64,000 nucleotides of DNA from Auanema rhodensis. Taxonomy: Eukaryota > Animalia > Nematoda. The first letter of the stretch is position 1; every line of letters begins with the position of its first letter. The stretch lies in NCBI GenBank assembly GCA_964057225.1, contig OZ059900.1:2108001-2172000 (forward strand), read 5' to 3'. The notes under the pieces were generated by a model. The model ran no database searches. It saw only the letters and a program-made list of their open reading frames with translations, and was not told the DNA's origin. This document shows, piece after piece, positions 54,701 through 64,000 of the stretch. The translations under genes were made by a program, and so were the position numbers.

Positions 54701-57700
54701 CCTTTAACACCATATACTCACCGATTTTTGGTACAAAATCTGTAATACTTGTAAATTTTGATCATATTTGTTAAGATTTGAGAATCAAACACATAATACA
54801 CAAGATAAGTCTATTTTTACAAGTTTGCACTGATATTTATTCATTTTGATCAAAAAAGGTCGAAAATAGAAAGAATTTTTGAAATTTCCGAGTTTTGAGT
54901 CCAATTTGGCTAAATCGCTCATATATATGATCAAAAGCATAGTTTTATTGTCTATAACAACAAAAGTCATCAATTAAACGCTAGTGATGTTTAAATACTG
55001 AATTTCGCTCAAATAGCATTACTACACTAAGTATGGTCGTTTTTATGCCTTTAACACCATATACTCACCGATTTTTGGTACAAAATCTGTAATACTCGTA
55101 AATTTTGATCATATTCGGTGAGATTCGAGAATCGAACACACAATACACGAAATAAGTCTATTTTTACGAGTTTGCACTGATATTTATTCATTTTGATCAA
55201 AAAAGGTCGAAAATAGAAAGAATTTTTGAAATTTCCGAGTTTTGAGTCTAATTTGGCTAAATCGCTCATATATATGATCAAAAGCATAGTTTTACTGTCT
55301 ATGATAACAAAAATCTTCAAATATACACTAATAATGTGTAAATCACTGAATTTCACTCAAATAGCTTTACTACACTAAGTATGGTCGTTTTTATGCCTTT
55401 AACACCATATACTCACCGATTTTTGGTACAAAATCTGTAATACTCGTAAATTTTGATCATATTCGTTAAGATTCGAGAATCAAACACACAATACACGAAA
55501 TAAGTTTATTTTGACGAGTTTGCACTGGTATTTATTCATTTTGATCAAAAAAGGTCGAAAATAGAAAGAATTTTTGAATTTTCCGAGTTTTGAGTCCAAT
55601 TGGGCTAAATCGCTCATATATATGATCAAAAGCATAGTTTTACTGTCTATGATAACAAACGTCTTCAAATATACACTAATAATGTGTAAATCACTGAATT
55701 TCACTCAAATAGCTTTACTACACTAAGTATGGTCGTTTTTATGCCTTTAACACCATATACTCACCGATTTTTGGTACAAAATCTGTAATACTCGTAAATT
55801 TCGATCATATTCGTTAAGATTCGAGAATCAAACACACAATACACGAAATAAGTTTATTTTTACGAATTTGCACTGATATTTATTCATTTTGATCAAAAAA
55901 GGTCGAAAATAGAAAGAATTTTTTAATTTTCCGAGTTTTGAGTCCAATTGGGCTAAATCGCTCATATATATGATCAAAAGCATAGTTTCACTGTCTATGA
56001 TAACAAAAGTCTTCAAATATACACTAGTAATGATTAAATCACTGAATTTCACTCAAATAGCATTACTACACTAAGTATGGTCGTTTTTATGCCTTTAACA
56101 CCATATACTCACCGATTTTTGGTACAAAATCTGTAATACTCGTAAATTTTGATCATATTCGGTGAGATTCGAGAATCGAACACACAATACACGAAATCAG
56201 TCTATTTTTATGAGCTTGCACTGATATTTATTCATTTTGATCAAAAAAGGTCGAAAATAGAAAGAATTTTTGAAATTTCCGAGTTTTGAGTCTAATTTGG
56301 CTAAATCGCTCATATACATGATCAGAAGCATAGTTTTATTGTCTATGACAACAAAAGTCATCAATTAAACGCTAGTGATGTTTAAATACTGATTTTCGCT
56401 CAAATAGCATTACTACACTAAGTATGGTCGTTTTTATGCCTTTAACACCATATACTCACCGATTTTTGGTACACAATCTGTAATACTCGTAAATTTTGAT
56501 CATATTCGTTAAAATTTGAAAATCAAACACACAATAAACAAAATCAGTCTATTTTTATGAGCTTGCACTGATATTTATTCATTTTGATCAAAAAAGGTCG
56601 AAAATAGAAAGAATTTTTGAAATTTCCGAGTTTTGAGTCTAATTTGGCTAAATCGCTCATATATATGATCAAAAGCATAGTTTTACTGTCTATGATAACA
56701 AAAGTCTTCAAATATACACTAATAATGTGTAAATCACTGAATTTCACTAAAATGCATTACTACACTAAGTATGGTCGTTTTTATGCCTTTAACACCATAT
56801 ACTCACCGATTTTTGGTACAAAATCTGTGATACTCGTAAATTTTGATCATATTCGGTGAGATTCGAGGATCGAACACACAATACACGAAATAAGTTTATT
56901 TTGACGAGTTTGCACTGATATTTATTCATTTTGATCAAAAAAGGTCGAAAATAGAAAGAATTTTTGAAATTTCCGAGTTTTGAGTCTAATTTGGCTAAAT
57001 CGCTCATATACATGATCAGAAGCATAGTTTTATTGTCTATGACAACAAAAGTCATCAATTAAACGCTAGTGATGTTTAAATACTGATTTTCGCTCAAATA
57101 GCATTACTACACTAAGTATGGTCGTTTTTATGCCTTTAACACCATATACTCACCGATTTTTGGTACACAATCTGTAATACTCGTAAATTTTGATCATATT
57201 CGTTAAGATTTGAGAATCGAACATACAATACACAAAATCAGTCTATTTTTATGAGCTTGCACTGATATTTATTCATTTTGATCAAAAAAGGTCGAAAATA
57301 GAAAGAATTTTTGAAATTTCCGAGTTTTGAGTCTAATTTGGCTAAATCGCTCATATATATGATCAAAAGCATAGTTTTACTGTCTATGATAACAAAAGTC
57401 TTCAAATATACACTAATAATGTGTAAATCACTGAATTTCACTCAAATGCATTACTACACTAAGTATGGTCGTTTTTATGCCTTTAACACCATATACTCAC
57501 CGATTTTTGGTACAAAATCTGTAATACTTGTAAATTTTGATCATATTCGTTAAGATTCGAGAATCAAACACACAATACACGAAATAAGTTTATTTTTACG
57601 AGTTTGCACTGATATTTATTCATTTTGATCAAAAAAGGTCGAAAATAGAAAGAATTTTTGAAATTTCCGAGTTTTGAGTCTAATTTGGCTAAATCGCTCA

Positions 57701-57710
57701 TATACATGAT
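48770..57710. repeat. 13-mer (4516 bp) x2
   Basis: ORF offsets 49227/53743, 49942/54458, 50535/55051, 51312/55828 and 52722/57238 are all 4516. Private variants GTTAATATTCG, ACAAGATAAG, GCACTGGTA, AAACGTCTTC and TTTCGATC each occur once per copy. Confidence 0.92.
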
Positions 57711-60700
57711 CAGAAGCATAGTTTTATTGTCTATGACAACAAAAGTCATCAATTAAACGCTAGTGATGTTTAAATACTGATTTTCGCTCAAATAGCATTA
57801 CTACACTAAGTATGGTCGTTTTTATGCCTTTAACACCATATACTCACCGATTTTTGGTACAAAATCTGTAATACTCGTAAATTTTGATCATATTCGGTGA
57901 GATTCGAGAATCAAACACACAATACACGAAATAAGTTTATTTTTACGAGTTTGCACTGATATTTATTCATTTTGATCAAAAAAGGTCGAAAATAGAAAGA
58001 ATTTTTGAAATTTCCGAGTTTTGAGTCTAATTTGGCTAAATCGCTCATATATATGATCAAAAGCATAGTTTTATTGTCTATGACAACAAAAGTCATCAAT
58101 TAAACGCTAGTGATGTTTAAATACTGAATTTCGCTCAAATAGCATTACTACACTAAGTATGGTCGTTTTTATGCCTTTAACACCATATACTCACCGATTT
58201 TTGGTACAAAATCTGTAATACTCGTAAATTTTGATCATATTCGGTGAGATTCGAGAATCAAACACACAATACACGAAATAAGTTTATTTTTACGAGTTTG
58301 CACTGATATTTATTCATTTTGATCAAAAAAGGTCGAAAATAGAAAGAATTTTTGAAATTTACGAGTTTTGAATCTAATTTGGCTAAATCGCTCATATATA
58401 TGATCAAAAGCATAGTTTTACTGTCTATGATAACAAAAGTCTTCAAATATACACTAATAATGATTAAATCACTGAATTTCACTCAAATAGCATTACTACA
58501 CTAAGTATGGTCGTTTTTATGCCTTTAACACCATATACTCACCGATTTTTGGTACAAAATCTGTGATACTCGTAAATTTTGATCATATTCGGTGAGATTC
58601 GAGAATCAAACACACAATACACGAAATAAGTTTATTTTTACGAGTTTGCACTGATATTTATTCATTTTGATCAAAAAAGGTCGAAAATAGAAAGAATTTT
58701 TGAAATTTCCGAGTTTTGAGTCTAATTTGGCTAAATCGCTCATATACATGATCAGAAGCATAGTTTTATTGTCTATGACAACAAAAGTCATCAATTAAAC
58801 GCTAGTGATGTTTAAATACTGATTTTCGCTCAAATAGCATTACTACACTAAGTATGGTCGTTTTTATGCCTTTAACACCATATACTCACCGATTTTTGGT
58901 ACAAAATCTGTAATACTCGTAAATTTTGATCATATTCGTTAAGATTTGAAAATCAAACACACAATAAACAAAATCAGTCTATTTTTATGAGTTTGCACTG
59001 ATATATATTCATTTTGATCAAAAAAGGTCGAAAATAGAAAGAATTTTCGAATTTTCCGAGTTTTGAGTCTAATTTGGCTAAATCGCTCATATATATGATC
59101 AGAAGCATAGTTTTATTGTATATGACAACAAAAGTCATTAGTTAAACACTAATGATGTTTAAATCACTAAATTTCGCTCAAATAGCATTACTACACTAAG
59201 TATGGTCGTTTTTATGCCTTTAACACCATATACTCACCGATTTTTGGTACAAAATCTGTGATACTCGTAAATTTTGATCATATTCGGTGAGATTCGAGAA
59301 TCAAACACACAATACACGAAATAAGTCTATTTTTATGAGTTTGCACTGATATTTATTCATTTTGATCAAAAAAGGTCGAAAATAGAAAGAATTTTTGAAT
59401 TTTCCGAGTTTTGAGTCCAATTGGGCTAAATCGCTCATATATATGATCAAAAGCATAGTTTTACTGTCTATGATAACAAAAGTCTTCAAATATACACTAA
59501 TAATGATTTAATCACTGAATTTCACTCAAATAGCAATACTACACTAAGTATGGTCGTTTTTATGCCTTTAACACCATATACTCACCGATTTTTGGTACAA
59601 AATCTGTGATACTCGTAAATTCTGATCATATTCGGTGAGATTCGAGAATCAAACACACAATACACGAAATAAGTTTATTTTTACGAGTTTGCACTGATAT
59701 TTATTCATTTTGATCAAAAAAGGTCGAAAATAGAAAGAATTTTTGAAATTTCCGAGTTTTGAGTCTAATTTGGCTAAATCGCTCATATATATGATCAAAA
59801 GCATAGTTTTACTGTCTATGATAACAAAAGTCTTCAAATATACACTAATAATGTGTAAATCACTGAATTTCACTCAAATAGCATTACTACACTAAGTATG
59901 GTCGTTTTTATGCCTTTAACACCATATACTCACCGATTTTTGGTACAAAATCTGTGATACTCGTAAATTTTGATCATATTCGGTGAGATTCGAGCATCAA
60001 ACACACAATACACGAAATAAGTTTATTTTTACGAGTTTGCACTGATATTTATTCATTTTGATCAAAAAAGGTCGAAAATAGAAAGAATTTTTGAAATTTC
60101 CGAGTTTTGAGTCTAATTTGGCTAAATCGCTCATATATATGATCAAAAGCATAGTTTTATTGTCTATGACAACAAAAGTCATCAATTAAACGCTAGTGAT
60201 GTTTAATTACTGAATTTCGCTCAAATAGCATTACTACACTAAGTATGGTCGTTTTTATGCCTTTAACACCATATACTCACCGATTTTTGGTACAAAATCT
60301 GTAATACTCGTAAATTTTGATCATATTCGTTAAGATTTGAGAATCAAACATACAATACACAAAATCAGTCTATTTTTATGAGCTTGCACTGATATATATT
60401 CATTTTGATCAAAAAAGGTCGAAAATAGAAAGAATTTTTGAAATTTACGAGTTTTGAATCTAATTTGGCTAAATCGCTCATATATATGATCAAAAGCATA
60501 GTTTTACTGTCTATGATAACAAAAGTCTTCAAATATACACTAATAATGATTAAATCACTGAATTTCACTCAAATAGCATTACTACACTAAGTATGGTCGT
60601 TTTTATGCCTTTAACACCATATACTCACCGATTTTTGGTACAAAATCTGTGATACTCGTAAATTTTGATCATATTCGGTGAGATTCGAGAATCAAACACA

Positions 60701-63700
60701 CAATACACGAAATAAGTTTATTTTTACGAGTTTGCACTGATATTTATTCATTTTGATCAAAAAAGGTCGAAAATAGAAAGAATTTTTGAAATTTCCGAGT
60801 TTTGAGTCTAATTTGGCTAAATCGCTCATATACATGATCAGAAGCATAGTTTTATTGTCTATGACAACAAAAGTCATCAATTAAACGCTAGTGATGTTTA
60901 AATACTGAATTTCGCTCAAATAGCATTACTACACTAAGTATGGTCGTTTTTATGCCTTTAACACCATATACTCACCGATTTTTGGTACAAAATCTGTGAT
61001 ACTCGTAAATTTTGATCATATTCGGTGAGATTCGAGAATCAAACACACAATACACGAAATAAGTCTATTTTTATGAGTTTGCACTGATATTTATTCATTT
61101 TGATCAAAAAAGGTCGAAAATAGAAAGAATTTTTGAAATTTCCGAGTTTTGAGTCTAATTTGGCTAAATCGCTCATATATATGATCAAAAGCATAGTTTT
61201 ACTGTCTATGATAACAAAAGTCTTCAAATATACACTAATAATGTGTAAATCACTGAATTTCACTCAAATAGCATTACTACACTAAGTATGGTCGTTTTTA
61301 TGCCTTTAACACCATATACTCACCGATTTTTGGTACAAAATCTGTGATACTCGTAAATTTTGATCATATTCGGTGAGATTCGAGAATCAAACACACAATA
61401 CACGAAATAAGTTTATTTTTACGAGTTTGCACTGATATTTATTCATTTTGATCAAAAAAGGTCGAAAATAGAAAGAATTTTTGAAATTTCCGAGTTTTGA
61501 GTCTAATTTGGCTAAATCGCTCATATATATGATCAAAAGCATAGTTTTATTGTCTATGACAACAAAAGTCATCAATTAAACGCTAGTGATGTTTAAATAC
61601 TGAATTTCGCTCAAATAGCATTACTACACTAAGTATGGTCGTTTTTATGCCTTTAACACCATATACTCACCGATTTTTGGTACAAAATCTGTAATACTCG
61701 TAAATTTTGATCATATTCGTTAAGATTTGAGAATCAAACATACAATACACAAAATCAGTCTATTTTTATGAGCTTGCACTGATATATATTCATTTTGATC
61801 AAAAAAGGTCGAAAATAGAAAGAATTTTTGAAATTTACGAGTTTTGAGTCTAATTTGGCTAAATCGCTCATATATATGATCAGAAGCATAGTTTTATTGT
61901 CTATGACAACGAAAGTCATTAATTAAACACTAATGATGTTTAAATCACTAAATTTCGCTCAAATAGCATTACTACACTAAGTATGGTCGTTTTTATGCCT
62001 TTAACACCATATACTCACCGATTTTTGGTACAAAATCTGTGATACTCGTAAATTTTGATCATATTCGTTAAGATTCGAAAATCAAACACACAATACACGA
62101 AATAAGTTTATTTTTACAAGTTTGCACTGATATTTATTCATTTTGATCAAAAAAGGTCGAAAATAGAAAGAATTTTTGAAATTTCCGAGTTTTGAGTCTA
62201 ATTTGGCTAAATCGCTCATATATATGATCAAAAGCATAGTTTTACTGTCTATGATAACAAAAGTCTTCAAATATACACTAATAATGATTAAATCACTGAA
62301 TTTCACTCAAATAGCATTACTACACTAAGTATGGTCGTTTTTATGCCTTTAACACCATATACTCACCGATTTTTGGTACAAAATCTGTAATACTCGTAAA
62401 TTTTGATCATATTCGGTGAGATTCGAGAATCAAACACACAATACACGAAATAAGTTTATTTTGACGAGTTTGCACTGATATTTATTCATTTTGATCAAAA
62501 AAGGTCGAAAATAGAAAGAATTTTTGAATTTTCCGAGTTTTGAGTCCAATTGGGCTAAATCGCTCATATATATGATCAAAAGCATAGTTTTACTGTCTAT
62601 GATAACAAAAGTCTTCAAATATACACTAATGATGTGTAAATCACTGAATTTCACTCAAATAGCTTTACTACACTAAGTATGGTCGTTTTTATGCCTTTAA
62701 CACCATATACTCACCGATTTTTGGTACAAAATCTGTAATACTCGTAAATTTTGATCATATTCGTTAAGATTTGAGAATCAAACATACAATACACAAAATC
62801 AGTCTATTTTTATGAGCTTGCACTGATATATATTCATTTTGATCAAAAAAGGTCGAAAATAGAAAGAATTTTTGAAATTTCCGAGTTTTGAGTCTAATTT
62901 GGCTAAATCGCTCATATATATGATCAGAAGCATAGTTTTATTGTCTATGACAACAAAAATCATCAATTAAACGCTAGTGATGTTTAAATACTGATTTTCG
63001 CTCAAATAGCATTACTACACTAAGTATGGTCGTTTTTATGCCTTTAACACCATATACTCACCGATTTTTGGTACAAAATCTGTAATACTCGTAAAATTTG
63101 ATCATATTTGTTAAGATTTGAGAATCAAACACACAATACACAAAATCAGTCTATTTTTATGAGTTTACACTGATATATATTCATTTTCATCAAAAAAGGT
63201 CGAAAATAGAAAGAATTTTTGAAATTTCCGAGTTTTGAGTCTAATTTGGCTAAATCGCTCATATACATGATCAGAAGCATAGTTTTATTGTCTATGACAA
63301 CAAAAATCATCAATTAAACGCTAGTGATGTTTAAATATTGATTTTCGCTCAAATAGCATTACTACACTAAGTATGGTCGTTTTTATGCCTTTAACACCAT
63401 ATACTCACCGATTTTTGGTACAAAATCTGTAATACTCGTAAATTTTGATCATATTCGTTAAGATTTGAAAATCAAACACACAATAAACAAAATCAGTCTA
63501 TTTTTATGAGTTTGCACTGATATATATTCATTTTGATCAAAAAAGGTCGAAAATAGAAAGAATTTTTGAATTTTCCGAGTTTTGAGTCCAATTGGGCTAA
63601 ATCGCTCATATATATGATCAAAAGCATAGTTTTACTGTCTATGATAACAAAAGTCTTCAAATATACACTAATAATGATCAAATCACTGAATTTCACTCAA

Positions 63701-64000
63701 ATAGCATTACTACACTAAGTATGGTCGTTTTTATGCCTTTAACACCATATACTCACCGATTTTTGGTACAAAATCTGTGATACTCGTAAATTTTGATCAT
63801 ATTCGTTAAGATTTGAGAAGCAAACATACAATACACAAAATCAGTCTATTTTTATGAGCTTGCACTGATATATATTCATTTTGATCAAAAAAGGTCGAAA
63901 ATAGAATGAATTTTTGAAATTTCCGAGTTTTGAGTCTAATTTGGCTAAATCGCTCATATATATGATCAAAAGCATAGTTTTACTGTCTATGATAACAAAA
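56250..64000. repeat. Dispersed recurrence of monomer orders seen at ~20-23 kb, ~11-12.6 kb and ~13.8-17 kb
   Basis: Constant ORF offsets of 36470 (20074/56544 to 22831/59301), 48285 (11016/59301 to 12407/60692) and 47242 (14145/61387 to 15188/62430). Confidence 0.8.

Larger units (their letters stand above)
1..64000. repeat. Satellite DNA array, ~185 head-to-tail monomers of 347/348 bp, AT-rich, probably eukaryotic (peri)centromeric; runs off both window ends
   Basis: The motif CGAGTTTTGAGTCTAATTTGG recurs at 2, 350, 697, 1044, 1392 and onward to the end. ORF-track coordinates step by 347/348 or multiples. No unique sequence or inversion seen. The centromeric assignment is inference from architecture only. 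Confidence 0.98.

Noticed and set aside
19105-57553. Plus-strand 80-aa ORFs (MKFPSFES...)
   Set aside because: They appear only where a 1-bp deletion (AAATGCATT instead of AAATAGCATT) removes a stop. They are a by-product of a satellite variant.
593-63696. About 140 short minus-strand ORFs (62-101 aa) as a tandem gene family or diversifying peptide cassette
   Set aside because: They are one chance frame per monomer. Starts are often TTG/GTG, common alleles introduce stops (AATCAG gives TGA), many monomers lack the ORF, variants are largely non-synonymous, and I recognise no domain.
1-64000. CRISPR-like array of conserved repeats and variable spacers
   Set aside because: The variable segments are alleles of the same sequence rather than unique spacers. 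The 348-bp unit is far too long and there are no cas genes.
1-64000. Rolling-circle or sequencing concatemer artefact
   Set aside because: Monomers carry structured, linked haplotypes shared across tens of kb rather than random errors on a single template.

Overview
The whole 64 kb is one uninterrupted head-to-tail satellite array in a single orientation. It holds about 185 copies of an AT-rich monomer of 347/348 bp (29% GC, counted on bases 1-348). I see no genes, RNA genes, transposons or CRISPR spacers; every ORF in the track is the same chance reading frame recurring once per monomer. The architecture is typical of eukaryotic (peri)centromeric satellite DNA, but I cannot name the family or organism. 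The interest lies in the internal structure. (1) The monomer looks like an ancient dimer of ~181 + ~167 bp halves. (2) The only large break in phase (net -183 bp, present at ~37203 and ~42929) joins paralogous sites of those two halves and appears to be the scar of a ~4 kb tandem duplication. (3) Monomers are mosaics of two bimorphic modules separated by near-invariant blocks. (4) Nested local higher-order repeats (1-, 2-, 3-, 4-, 5-, 6-, 7-, 12-, 13- and 17-mers) sit on a longer-range cycle, and some breakpoints can be mapped to a few bases. (5) The monomer carries several short dyad symmetries and a run of A-tracts phased at ~10 bp. I found no evidence for a novel protein-coding system. Boundaries of higher-order repeats were read by eye from diagnostic variants and ORF-track offsets and are approximate.
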